Assembly (NCBI GenBank): GCA_963682015.1
Contig: OY820932.1
Coordinates: 1,050,618 to 1,114,617, forward strand
DNA length: 64,000 bases
DNA from: Smithellaceae bacterium
Lineage (GTDB): Bacteria; Desulfobacterota; Syntrophia; Syntrophales; Smithellaceae
Direction of reading: 5' to 3'
Under the pieces are notes generated by a model, which saw only the letters and a list, made by a program, of their open reading frames with translations, was not told the origin of the DNA and ran no database searches. The translations under genes were made by a program, and so were the position numbers. Shown here piece by piece: positions 56,169 to 64,000 of the stretch (position 1 is its first letter; the number at the start of each line of letters is the position of its first letter).

Positions 56169-56777
56169 TTATTTGCGAATGACTATGGCAAAGCCATTGC
56201 CTACCTTATCGTCCACGTCCTGAAACTCAATCACATTCAGTCCCATATAGCTGCAAAGCTCCAGTAAATCTTCTGTAACCCAGACCGAATAATGAATATG
56301 CAAATCAGTTTCAGGAGCGCTAATGCTGCCATCATGTCTGTTCACCAACTCTTTTAATGTAGTTCTTGGTCTGTCATGATCAAAAGTTCTGTCCTTGTGA
56401 GGGATAATCATGAATATATAACCGGATTTTTTTACAACTCTCATCCATTCTTGAAGGGCTTTTATGGGATCCCAGAAATGCTCCAGAACATGTGAAGAAA
56501 TAACAAAATCAAACCTTTCATCTTTAAAGGGCAAATGATCGCCGGGAGCTTCAACATCAACTTTCAGATATTCTCCGACAAGTTTTATTTCATCCTGTTT
56601 AAAAACAGTGTTGACATCAGCAGTATAATCGACATTTATTGTGTTCAAACCAAATTGATTATGAGCGCTGCCGCCAATTTCGACACCTTTCAATCCTTTT
56701 AAATAGCTGTCTGCAAGTAAAGATCTTTTAATGTCAATTTTATTTTTTTTAGTGGATTTTAGAAACCTGTCAAACAA
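56169..56777 (-). CDS. class I SAM-dependent methyltransferase
   Basis: GVEIGGS.. and ..RFDFVISSHVLEHFWDPIKALQEWMRVVKKSGYIFMIIP follow the Methyltransf_11-like pattern. The gene is AT-rich. The TTG start follows AAAGGA. Confidence 0.6.
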   Translation of the reverse strand: MFDRFLKSTKKNKIDIKRSLLADSYLKGLKGVEIGGSAHNQFGLNTINVDYTADVNTVFKQDEIKLVGEYLKVDVEAPGDHLPFKDERFDFVISSHVLEHFWDPIKALQEWMRVVKKSGYIFMIIPHKDRTFDHDRPRTTLKELVNRHDGSISAPETDLHIHYSVWVTEDLLELCSYMGLNVIEFQDVDDKVGNGFAIVIRK

Positions 56778-56914
56778 GCATTGATCCTTTTAAATGTTAA
56801 GTTATCGGGTTGCGAAGGCAGCCTGCCCGGCGCATCCGGCATGCGCCGGAGTTCCTGCCGGGAGAATCCAGGATTAGATTGAAATGTGGAGAACAGAGAT
56901 TTGATTCCAATCCA

Positions 56915-56950
56915 ACCGTGAGAAACTTACTATTTTACGGGCGTCCCCTG
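56915..56950. repeat. family D repeat, copy 1 (ACCGTGAGAAACTTACTATTTTACGGGCGTCCCCTG)
   Basis: About 32 of 36 positions are identical to 61771..61807 in the same orientation. A diverged third copy is at 61583..61614. This copy contains the stop codon (56930..56932) and the last codons of the 849-aa ORF. Confidence 0.8.
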
Positions 56951-59422
56951 GCACTGGCATTTCACTAAGGTCAGGAGAAGTTCACCGATATTTTTTCTGT
57001 TGAGAACGATTTCCGGCACCTGAATCCCGTGATTCGCGGCCAGTGTTCTCAGATACCGGTTGGCCTTGTTACTGATAATGGGATCAACCCCAAAACGAAG
57101 AAGCTGTATTTTTTCGACCAGGGCGATTTCATCTTCATCTCCGGCCGTCGTCAGGGTGCGCTCGATTAAATTTTCAATGTCAACCTGCACGACGCTGCGC
57201 AGGACGACGCGATCGCCGCCGTCATAACGCCCCAGCAGCCTGTCAAATTGCTGCAAAATCCATTCATCGATCCTTCCGGCATAGCCGGCCGCAATACCCG
57301 CAATCATCATCACAAAATGCTTCTGGTCCCAATCGATGCATTGCTTGATCAGATCGCGGACAAGCTGCCTTTCTTCTTCGGCAATCACAACATTCCGGGC
57401 AAACCCGTCGCGCTCGTCGGAAATGATCTCGGCCAGAGGCAAAAGAAGCATCGCCCCTCCCATATTCGCCTTGCCGGGAAGCATGGCCGCCTGAGCCCAC
57501 CGCAGCAGTTCCGGAAAATGGCTGCGGATTCTGTCGGTGAGATCATCGCGAGTGCTCCCCCAGCGGTATGCCTGGTACAGGTAGAAGCCGATCAGCCCGC
57601 TGTTGTTTGTCCGGATCACATCAACCAGCCCGTCGACGTCGCCGGGCGACCGGACACTCAAATGGTCAACCACGTTCTTCGACAAGCCCGACAGCGTCTT
57701 GATGGCTGAATGCCTCTTTCCCGGCGTCAGGCTGGCCCAGTTTAAAAGATACCCGGTCACGGCCTCGGCCTCCAGGCATTCCAGGGGGTCGGCCACGATG
57801 TCATAAATCTTGACGCGATTAAAAACAAAAATGTCATACATCTGCTTTGCAATATAGGCGCTGACCGTTTCATAGCGCGCATCACTATTCACGCCCAGCC
57901 TCCAGACATAAACGATCAGGCTTTTGCAGACTTTTGTCAAAACCTTCAGGAGCATTTTGTAATCATTGCTGAAGACCTTGGGCGCATTAATCAAGTCGTA
58001 TAAAAGTGTCCGAAGAGACAGCCATTCGGTCACATCCACAACCGTCACGCCGCCTAATTGCCCCGTATGCAAAAAATCCGTCAGCTCCAGGTGATCGATG
58101 TTGTCATTGCGCAGAATCTCAATCAGCTTGCTGTAATTGATGTTATTCCGAATCAGGGAGTTATTGATGCTCCGGACGGAACCCGATAATCGCTCAAAAT
58201 AAGAACCGGTTTTTTCCTCGTTGCGGATGGCGTTTAAAATTTTCAGCTTTTCCGCAATGGTATCTTTCGAGGAATAGTTCATGAGCATCATAAAGTCATC
58301 GACTAGTGCCCCGCGTTTTTTGCCGATCGTGCACTCCATCAGAGATCGGCACTCACCGGTGTCGGCCGACTGGGAAAACCCGTAAAGCTCCCGCACACTC
58401 TGCTTCTCGACGGATTCTTCAAAGCTCAAAAAACGATTCCAGGTTTTTTGCACGGCCAGGTAGACATATTCTTTTTTATCGTCTCTTCCCGCCGACTGGA
58501 GGATGGACAGCATGATCGCATAGCCCAGGTTCAGGTAAAGCGCCGGTTTCCAAGCGACTTGATCGATCAACGGATCAAGATGAATCACGATATATTCCCC
58601 CTCGTGCGTCACCAGCCCCGCATCGGACGGGCTGCCGAAGGTAATTTTATATTGCTGGGTCCACAGATAATCCGCGTAGCGGAAAGCGTAATTTTTCACG
58701 ATTTTATGGACAAAGCCCGCAACTTCTTCCAGAAATTCGGAACGCCCGGATGGAACGGCTCCTTGGGCGGCAACATGAATCTGGAAACGATACGTGTCGT
58801 TGACCGCGGAAATCCGGTTCAGCCAGGATCTCGTCGGCTGGATGTGATAAATGCTGGGTTTGTTGAAAATGTCCAGCGAAGCCAGTAAAAGCCCGGGCTG
58901 TGCCTTGTAGGCCTCGACAACAAAGCTTCTGGGCTGGCTGTCCGCAACCTTGGGATGCTTCGCGGCCAGGGCCATGTACCGAAATACGGCGCCGGCGAAA
59001 GTATCCAGGATTTCGGGATGAATGATGGGCAGGGCCTTGATATGCTCAAAATAGGGAATGAACAAATTCCAGTGCGCCTCGATGACAACATTCTGCGCGT
59101 CCTGCGTGATCTTCAGCAGCGGTCCGCGGCGGCCGGCAATATTGAACGTGATGTTTGACGCCGCAAGCATCGGCAGCATCGGGGCAAGCAGCGTCTTTAA
59201 CTTCAGATCGTCAAGCGCCGTCATTCTTTCATGGATGATTTGATTTAAAGGCGTGCAATGAAGGGGCGACGACGTGCGGACAAACGCATCCTCATCTTTG
59301 TTCCTGATGAAGGAAAGATCCAGCAGATCCACGGCGTCGGCAACGGCGGGGTATGAAATGATTTTCGTCGGTTTCATGCCGCCCCGGGGAGATTTTTGTT
59401 TGTCAATAACCGCTTTCGCCAT
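56930..59422 (-). CDS. large hypothetical protein (830 aa from ATG 59422; 849 aa if TTG 59479 is used); no recognisable domain
   Basis: The frame is long and uninterrupted with ordinary amino-acid composition and no TM segments. I could find no P-loop, HExxH or other catalytic signature. Confidence 0.6.
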   Translation of the reverse strand: MAKAVIDKQKSPRGGMKPTKIISYPAVADAVDLLDLSFIRNKDEDAFVRTSSPLHCTPLNQIIHERMTALDDLKLKTLLAPMLPMLAASNITFNIAGRRGPLLKITQDAQNVVIEAHWNLFIPYFEHIKALPIIHPEILDTFAGAVFRYMALAAKHPKVADSQPRSFVVEAYKAQPGLLLASLDIFNKPSIYHIQPTRSWLNRISAVNDTYRFQIHVAAQGAVPSGRSEFLEEVAGFVHKIVKNYAFRYADYLWTQQYKITFGSPSDAGLVTHEGEYIVIHLDPLIDQVAWKPALYLNLGYAIMLSILQSAGRDDKKEYVYLAVQKTWNRFLSFEESVEKQSVRELYGFSQSADTGECRSLMECTIGKKRGALVDDFMMLMNYSSKDTIAEKLKILNAIRNEEKTGSYFERLSGSVRSINNSLIRNNINYSKLIEILRNDNIDHLELTDFLHTGQLGGVTVVDVTEWLSLRTLLYDLINAPKVFSNDYKMLLKVLTKVCKSLIVYVWRLGVNSDARYETVSAYIAKQMYDIFVFNRVKIYDIVADPLECLEAEAVTGYLLNWASLTPGKRHSAIKTLSGLSKNVVDHLSVRSPGDVDGLVDVIRTNNSGLIGFYLYQAYRWGSTRDDLTDRIRSHFPELLRWAQAAMLPGKANMGGAMLLLPLAEIISDERDGFARNVVIAEEERQLVRDLIKQCIDWDQKHFVMMIAGIAAGYAGRIDEWILQQFDRLLGRYDGGDRVVLRSVVQVDIENLIERTLTTAGDEDEIALVEKIQLLRFGVDPIISNKANRYLRTLAANHGIQVPEIVLNRKNIGELLLTLVKCQCQGTPVK

Positions 59423-59595
59423 GTGAATTCCGTGCCTGCCGGCTCTGTTTTCACGAACCGGTTTTCCGTTGAAGATCAACGCAACCGTTCGTATCCGTTA
59501 TGATTGATCCACTAAAAAACATCATCATCGATGACCCGATATTCCGTCAATCGGGCCAATGGAGTTTATTTGCCCTGTTTATCTATCCTTTTTAT

Positions 59596-60033
59596 CTATC
59601 CTTTTCTGTCTGGGACCCAGTTTGCAGATTGAACTTTCGTTTTGCCGCCCAGTTCCCAGATTAATCCTATTCCTAATTTTTTGCACAATTCCTGTTCTTT
59701 ACCCGGCGTTGACGTAACGGTTCTGTCACCGCCATTGCCAAAATAGATCATGTCGTATTGTTTTTTGTATTTTGCATACGCGCTCCGGATGCCGTCACAG
59801 GCCGTGTCATCGTCATCATTCATGGGCAAGACATCAATGACGTATTTCATGTTGCCCACAATGGTTGCCCTTTCAATCCAGGACATGAAGGCAGACCCTT
59901 TTTTCCGCACCAGCCAGTCATCGCTGTTGAGACAAATCACAATCTCACCCAGCAGTGAAGCCGCCTCGATCATATAGACATGGCCCATGTGAATGGGATC
60001 AAAGCCGCCCGACAAAATCACCAGATTCTTCAC
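59596..60033 (-). CDS. cytidylyltransferase-like (HIGH-motif nucleotidyltransferase) small protein
   Basis: VILSGGFDPIHMGHVYMI matches the GxFDxxHxGH motif of the RfaE-domain-II/TagD/CoaD-type fold. The GTG start follows GGGGG. Confidence 0.65.
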   Translation of the reverse strand: MKNLVILSGGFDPIHMGHVYMIEAASLLGEIVICLNSDDWLVRKKGSAFMSWIERATIVGNMKYVIDVLPMNDDDDTACDGIRSAYAKYKKQYDMIYFGNGGDRTVTSTPGKEQELCKKLGIGLIWELGGKTKVQSANWVPDRKG

Positions 60034-60191
60034 CCGCCAACCCCCTTATCAACAAATGTTCCTGCCATTTCGGATCAACATCCTTTTCGAGTTTACGTAT
60101 AAAAACCGCGCCCCCGTGTCAAGGCAATCTTAATTCGTAAACGGCAAGCGGGATGATGATTGTTGCGGCAACAGAGTGCTGCCCATAACGG

Positions 60192-60221
60192 TTCACCCTT
60201 CACATTTCACCATTCACGAGG
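60192..60221. repeat. family E repeat (TTCACCCTTCAC-type)
   Basis: The sequence is ttcacccttcacatttcaccattcacgagg. Compare 16340..16374. Confidence 0.5.
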
Positions 60222-60224
60222 ATG

Positions 60225-60641
60225 TTACTTAAACACGACGACCGCTTTCCCCGGCGTTGTTTGCCTGCCTTCCGCGTTTTCAGTCCAGACCGATATTTCC
60301 ACCAGCTTTTCACCGGCATCCTGCCACTTCCTTTCCACAACCCCTTTCACCGTCATTTCCTGATCCGGGAAATCCATGCCCCGATACTGGCAGGACACCT
60401 TCCTGATTCTTCCCTGATGGTTAAGCCAGTTGGAGACGATTTCGCCCAGTGAGGACCATTTAAACTTGCCATGGACAATGATCGAACCGATCGCTTTGGC
60501 CTGGAAAAAATTGTAATCATGATGCATCGGGTTGAAATCGCCGCCGCCCGCCGCGTATTTGACCAATTGGGTGACCGTCGGCGTTTTTTTGATTTCCGGC
60601 AGCACATCTCCTTCTTTCACGCTGTCCCATGTTAAAGCCAT
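60225..60641 (-). CDS. MaoC-like (R)-hydratase hot-dog protein
   Basis: GGGDFNPMHHDYNFFQAKAIGSIIVHG is the hydratase motif. The start is set at the ATG at 60641, 8 nt after AGGAG. The ORF track's ATG at 60647 is only 2 nt after it. Confidence 0.75.
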   Translation of the reverse strand: MALTWDSVKEGDVLPEIKKTPTVTQLVKYAAGGGDFNPMHHDYNFFQAKAIGSIIVHGKFKWSSLGEIVSNWLNHQGRIRKVSCQYRGMDFPDQEMTVKGVVERKWQDAGEKLVEISVWTENAEGRQTTPGKAVVVFK

Positions 60642-60685
60642 TTTCATTTCTCCTTACTGTGTGTTGAAAAAACCCACGTTTTGCA

Positions 60686-60806
60686 GGCTGTTCAGAAAGG
60701 TTTAGCTGCAAGGCACCGCGAGGGGCGAGCAGCGGAGCGTACTTTAAAAGTACGTGAGCAGCGAGAGCCGAAGCGTAACGCCGCAGATGAACCTTTTTCA
60801 ACCGCC
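60686..60806. repeat. family B intergenic repeat, copy 2
   Basis: See 1675..1795. The central hairpin is GCGTAC-tttaaaa-GTACGT. Confidence 0.5.
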
Positions 60807-60808
60807 TG

Positions 60809-61303
60809 TTAATATAATATCGCCTGGCCGCGTGACACCATAACCACTTTGCTGCGCTGATCTTTATATTCCTGTTCAAAGCTGAGAATCAGCATCTGAC
60901 CCAGTGCCTTGCTTTCGCGAACATCGAGTCCAACCAAGCGGCTGACGGCCGTTAAGGTGTCGCCGGCGCAGATGGTGTCAAAATATTCGACTTCGGTGCC
61001 GCCGTCGAGGACATTGATCAGCCCGAACTGCTGAAAGTCTATCCCCGCGCTCAGCGGTCCGGAAAAAGTGTCATCGGATTTTCCGGGGATAAACACCGGG
61101 GTTCCCAGGTAGCAGGGCGGCGCCGGCAGGTTACGGTACCCGGCCGCCTTCGCGGCATCCATGTCATAGTAAACGGGATCGGTATATCCCACGCCCCGGG
61201 CAAAAGCCCGGACGCTGGTGGTGGTCACCTCATAGGTCCAGGGCGGAGAGTCGACGCCGACCTGAGCCTTCCACTCATCCTTGATCTCAATCTTTTGCGC
61301 CAT
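60809..61303 (-). CDS. MaoC-family dehydratase N-terminal-type (non-catalytic hot-dog) protein
   Basis: The 164-aa protein lacks the D-x-N-P-x-H motif. It is paired with the catalytic MaoC gene downstream, as in split HadAB-type hydratases. An AGGAGGA RBS is present. Confidence 0.6.
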   Translation of the reverse strand: MAQKIEIKDEWKAQVGVDSPPWTYEVTTTSVRAFARGVGYTDPVYYDMDAAKAAGYRNLPAPPCYLGTPVFIPGKSDDTFSGPLSAGIDFQQFGLINVLDGGTEVEYFDTICAGDTLTAVSRLVGLDVRESKALGQMLILSFEQEYKDQRSKVVMVSRGQAILY

Positions 61304-61582
61304 GATATGATCCTCCTTCTTAATCTTTCACTTGATGATTTTTCAAATCCCCATGCCGCCCGGGTAGCGACTTCACGCTCAAAGCATGCATTCTCCGCAA
61401 ACAGCCTGGCCAACAGGCGATTGCTTTTTCGCGGCTTTGTTGTAATCGTAAAATGACCATATCATTTTGACCCCCGAATGCCAATTTCCTTGTTGACTCG
61501 GACGGAACCCGGGGAACCGGACTCGGCAGCTGTTTGATATGCCGAGATATTGAATTATGTCCGATTGAAGGAGAGTGGAAGT

Positions 61583-61614
61583 AAAAACTTAGAATTCTCG
61601 GGGCGTCCCCTCTG
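61583..61614. repeat. family D repeat, diverged copy 3
   Basis: aaaaacttagaattctcggggcgtcccctctg lies inside an imperfect hairpin, AGAATTCTCGG...CCGAGGAATTCT (61590..61639). Confidence 0.45.
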
Positions 61615-61770
61615 AGGCCTAACTACCGAGGAATTCTCTGTAGTTCAAATGGAGGGGAAACGACGTGTTCACAGAAATATCTGTTTTTACAATTTGGAAT
61701 TAGATGAGGAATCAACACGTGCAAATTTTGCACATGCTGCCCGGGCTGGATATGATCATCTCCGTCGACT

Positions 61771-61807
61771 ACCGTGAGAAACGTACTACTTTACGGGGGT
61801 CCCCCTG
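61771..61807. repeat. family D repeat, copy 2
   Basis: ACCGTGAGAAACGTACTACTTTACGGGGGTCCCCCTG lies 10 nt downstream of the stop of the NMO/FabK-like gene. Confidence 0.8.
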
Positions 61808-61816
61808 TCCCGGAAT

Positions 61817-62794
61817 TCAGAAAGGCTTGATTTTTTTCCTGTAGACCGATTCCGCCTGTTCTTTAAACTGGCGGAAGATCTCGGTAACGGAGAGGATGGA
61901 TTTCATTTTCCAGGTGTTCTCCCCGGAGAAAAACAACCCTTCCTTTAAGTTGCCATTTTTCGCGAGCATCAATCGCTCAGTGATGCAGTAGTGGTGATCG
62001 CAACTTTTTAAACACAGATGCGGACATTTACCGCTGGATTTATCCTCGCCTTCCTTCATGCTTTTTACAAAATGCGTATTGATTGCCCGGCCCGGCAGGC
62101 CGACCGGAGAGGTGGTCAGGACAATATCATCCTTGCCGGCATTCAGATAGGCCTGCTTGAATTCATCGGCCACCGCGCATTCCTTGGAGAGGACGAAACG
62201 GGAGGCAACCTGAACACCGTCCGCTCCGTATTTATCCATCATCTCCGCCATTTCAAAACCATTGGTGATGCCGCCGGCGGCAATCAGCGGTATTTTCTTG
62301 ATGACTTTTCGAATCGACGGGAAAATTTCGCGCAGAGGGCGGTCCGTACCGAGATGACCACCCGCCTCTTTGGCCTCAACGATGACGGCAGCGGCCCCCA
62401 GCTTTTCGGCGAGTTCGGCAAGATTTGGCGAACTGACGATCATAACGATCGGCGTATTGCGTTCGCGACCGATTTTGAAAATATCCCGACTGAAGCCCGC
62501 CCCGGTGATAATCATGTCGATGCCGGCATCGATCGAACTCATGACGAGCTTATAGAAATCCTTAACGGCATACATGATATTTACGGCTACGATTCCCGTG
62601 GTTTCAGACTTTGCTTTTTTAATATCCTGGTAGAGTTCTTCCGGCGGCAGGCCGGAGCCTCCAATAACGCCTATGCCTCCGCAATTGGCAACCGCCACAG
62701 CCAGAGAAGATGTGGACACGCGAATGGACATGCCCCCCTGAATCAACGGGAACCTGGCAGTGAACTTGCCTATATTCAACGACTTTAATTTCAT
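61817..62794 (-). CDS. NAD(P)H-dependent flavin oxidoreductase, nitronate monooxygenase / FabK-like family
   Basis: FPLIQGGMSIRVSTSSLAVAVANCGGIGVIG.. and ..AAGGITNG.. follow the NMO/FabK TIM-barrel pattern. Confidence 0.75.
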   Translation of the reverse strand: MKLKSLNIGKFTARFPLIQGGMSIRVSTSSLAVAVANCGGIGVIGGSGLPPEELYQDIKKAKSETTGIVAVNIMYAVKDFYKLVMSSIDAGIDMIITGAGFSRDIFKIGRERNTPIVMIVSSPNLAELAEKLGAAAVIVEAKEAGGHLGTDRPLREIFPSIRKVIKKIPLIAAGGITNGFEMAEMMDKYGADGVQVASRFVLSKECAVADEFKQAYLNAGKDDIVLTTSPVGLPGRAINTHFVKSMKEGEDKSSGKCPHLCLKSCDHHYCITERLMLAKNGNLKEGLFFSGENTWKMKSILSVTEIFRQFKEQAESVYRKKIKPF

Positions 62795-62885
62795 GAGGAA
62801 TAACTCCCTTTCTTAAATCCGAGAAAATAAAAGCGGTGCAGCATGCCCCTCTTCCTGAAATTTGTCAAGCAGCGCCGTTTCGCTA

Positions 62886-63229
62886 TTTCCGCTTCGCATG
62901 AGACTGTATCACAATTAACAAATTGCCATTCCGAACGCATGTGAGGAATCTAACAGATCCCTCGTTGCACTCGGGACATGGATTTCTCCTTTTGGTTGAA
63001 ATGACATAAAAATAGATTACGACGCAGTCTCCACGCGCGGGATAAGCATTCGGCAGCAATCCATCACGCTCGTCATACCGGTGCAGTCCTTATCCAGACG
63101 TCGTCTCCGCGAAGAGACTGTGTTGTAATCGGTGTTTCTGCCATTTCGAAGCGAAGCGAGACATCCTGGCCTCAATAAATTTAAGCATTTCAGATTCCTC
63201 ATCCCGACGGGTGGGATTCGGGATGACGA
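62886..63229. repeat. composite array of the same MITE/REP-like units as 55708..55961, several inverted
   Basis: 62925..62951 is GCCATTCCGAACGCATGTGAGGAATCT and 63015..63033 is AGATTACGACGCAGTCTCC. 63114..63134 is the inverted copy of the latter. 63139..63167 is CTGCCATTTCGAAGCGAAGCGAGACATCC (inverted). A variant lies at 63191..63229. Confidence 0.8.
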
Positions 63230-63234
63230 TTATT

Positions 63235-63558
63235 CTAATTGTAACATAGTCTAGAAGGCGGGGAAGAAGCGACGAGACGTATTGGTAATACGTTGAGGTA
63301 GTTGATGACAACGCCAACAAAGACAGCGCATTGATTTAAATCGGAATCCTCCGTTTTGCATAGCACCCCAACGTCTCGGCCATCATTCGCCCTGCCACAC
63401 TCCGCTTCAACTGCAGGTTGCTTGAGCTTCTCAAGAAGTATCTCAATATCCGTATATATCTGATTGAATAAAACTGGATCGATATTTTGAAACCTCTCTG
63501 TTCCTGTTTCAATATTTACCATTTGTCCATAGATAATTCTTGACACACAAGAGAACAT
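63235..63558 (-). CDS. hypothetical small protein (weak call)
   Basis: The 107-aa ORF lies in AT-rich DNA, and its 3' end abuts the repeat array. There is no recognisable domain or clear RBS. Confidence 0.25.
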   Translation of the reverse strand: MFSCVSRIIYGQMVNIETGTERFQNIDPVLFNQIYTDIEILLEKLKQPAVEAECGRANDGRDVGVLCKTEDSDLNQCAVFVGVVINYLNVLPIRLVASSPPSRLCYN

Positions 63559-63649
63559 TTCTTATAATCCTTACAACTAAAAGCAAGTTATTATCACTAA
63601 TTAGCATTATAGTTTGCAAAGATTCCCATCTGCAGGAGGAGGGGTGATT

Positions 63650-64000
63650 ATGGCAAACCGTGATGTGCAATTGAATGGGCAGTCCCGTCGCCTGATCATC
63701 AGGCTGTTGCTTTCCGGGCTGTGTTTGCTGGCCGCGATTTGTACCCACGTGCTTCCGGCCGAAGGGGCGGATCACGAAGTCAATATCATCTTTTCTTGTG
63801 AGCCGGTACAGAATGTATATGACGCATTCTCTGCCGACGAACTCATCATGAAAAGCGAACCCAAAATCGAAACCACCAATCTGGAAGTTAAGAAACAAGT
63901 GGAAGAGCTTTTGCCCGATTGGCAGGCTGCATCAAAATCCGTGGCGACTTTCGTCGATGTGTTTCAAAAAAAATTAGAAGCAAAGCCGTTTAATGTCAAA
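63650..64000 (+). CDS. secreted/membrane-anchored hypothetical protein; N-terminal part (runs off the window)
   Basis: The ATG at 63650 lies 7 nt after GGAGGAGGGG. The translation MANRDVQLNGQSRRLIIRLLLSGLCLLAAICTHVLPAEGA.. stays open for 117 codons to the window end. It is absent from the ORF track because no stop is reached. Confidence 0.6.
   Translation, partial: MANRDVQLNGQSRRLIIRLLLSGLCLLAAICTHVLPAEGADHEVNIIFSCEPVQNVYDAFSADELIMKSEPKIETTNLEVKKQVEELLPDWQAASKSVATFVDVFQKKLEAKPFNVK

Noticed and set aside
56915-56950. Family D repeat as a Tn3-family terminal inverted repeat, since it starts with GGGG on the minus strand and is ~36-38 bp long.
   Set aside because: The copies are in direct rather than inverted orientation. 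The window contains no transposase or resolvase. The internal sequence does not match the Tn3/Tn21 IRs as I remember them.
61649-61777. A 42-codon plus-strand ORF (MEGKRRVHRNICFYNLELDEESTRANFAHAARAGYDHLRRLP) ending in family D repeat copy 2. I considered it as a possible transposase or recombinase remnant.
   Set aside because: It has no recognisable recombinase motif, no RBS, and is very short. Nothing supports it beyond being an open frame.
63509-63898. A 129-aa ORF on the minus strand.
   Set aside because: It overlaps a plus-strand frame that has a strong GGAGGAGG RBS, an ATG at 63650 and a signal-peptide-like N-terminus, and that stays open to the window end. The plus-strand gene is preferred.

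Overview
The window is a gene-dense 64-kb chromosomal segment that looks moderately GC-rich by eye. I infer an anaerobic Desulfobacterales-like (deltaproteobacterial) genome from three things: an hgcAB pair, many PAS/GGDEF sensors, and abundant short palindromic intergenic repeats. I call about 50 CDS.

Main CDS, left to right:
- liv-type branched-chain amino acid ABC genes, interrupted by a DUF559 gene.
- xthA, a DUF484 protein, a MoaE-like protein and a KefG/KefC-type K+ efflux pair.
- An MCP and PAS sensors.
- Two decayed MinD-like 5' ends that flank a lipoprotein gene.
- A Zn-dependent alcohol dehydrogenase (ADH).
- An 8.7-kb cyclic beta-1,2-glucan synthase (NdvB/Cgs-type) gene, apparently co-transcribed with a phosphofructokinase.
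- kup, a STAS/anti-sigma-kinase pair and a PaaK-family ligase.
- A 78-bp tandem-repeat secreted protein, then a cupin-SMR-DUF169 cluster and a Crp/Fnr regulator.
- An acyl-CoA dehydrogenase plus a crotonase.
- A 7-PAS diguanylate cyclase.
- A marR-hgcA-hgcB (mercury methylation) operon.
- A long-form GAPDH homologue.
- A 1413-aa protein that fuses an uncharacterised ~915-aa N-terminal region to a PPDK-type ATP-grasp plus phosphohistidine module lacking the PEP/pyruvate barrel.
- A CDF transporter, an aldehyde dehydrogenase (ALDH) and an SDR oxidoreductase.
- A cluster of a methyltransferase, an ~830-849-aa orphan protein and a cytidylyltransferase-like protein.
- A split MaoC pair and an NMO/FabK-like oxidoreductase.

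I saw no rRNA, tRNA, CRISPR array, transposase or integrase. Several families of REP/MITE-like repeats occupy the intergenic space.

The observations I consider most notable:
- The Cys-rich MarR regulator with an operator over its own -10 box, in an operon with hgcAB.
- The truncated-PPDK fusion protein.
- The orphan large protein, whose cluster is bracketed by a ~36-bp direct repeat.

All calls come from reading the translations and the DNA by eye. No searches were run.
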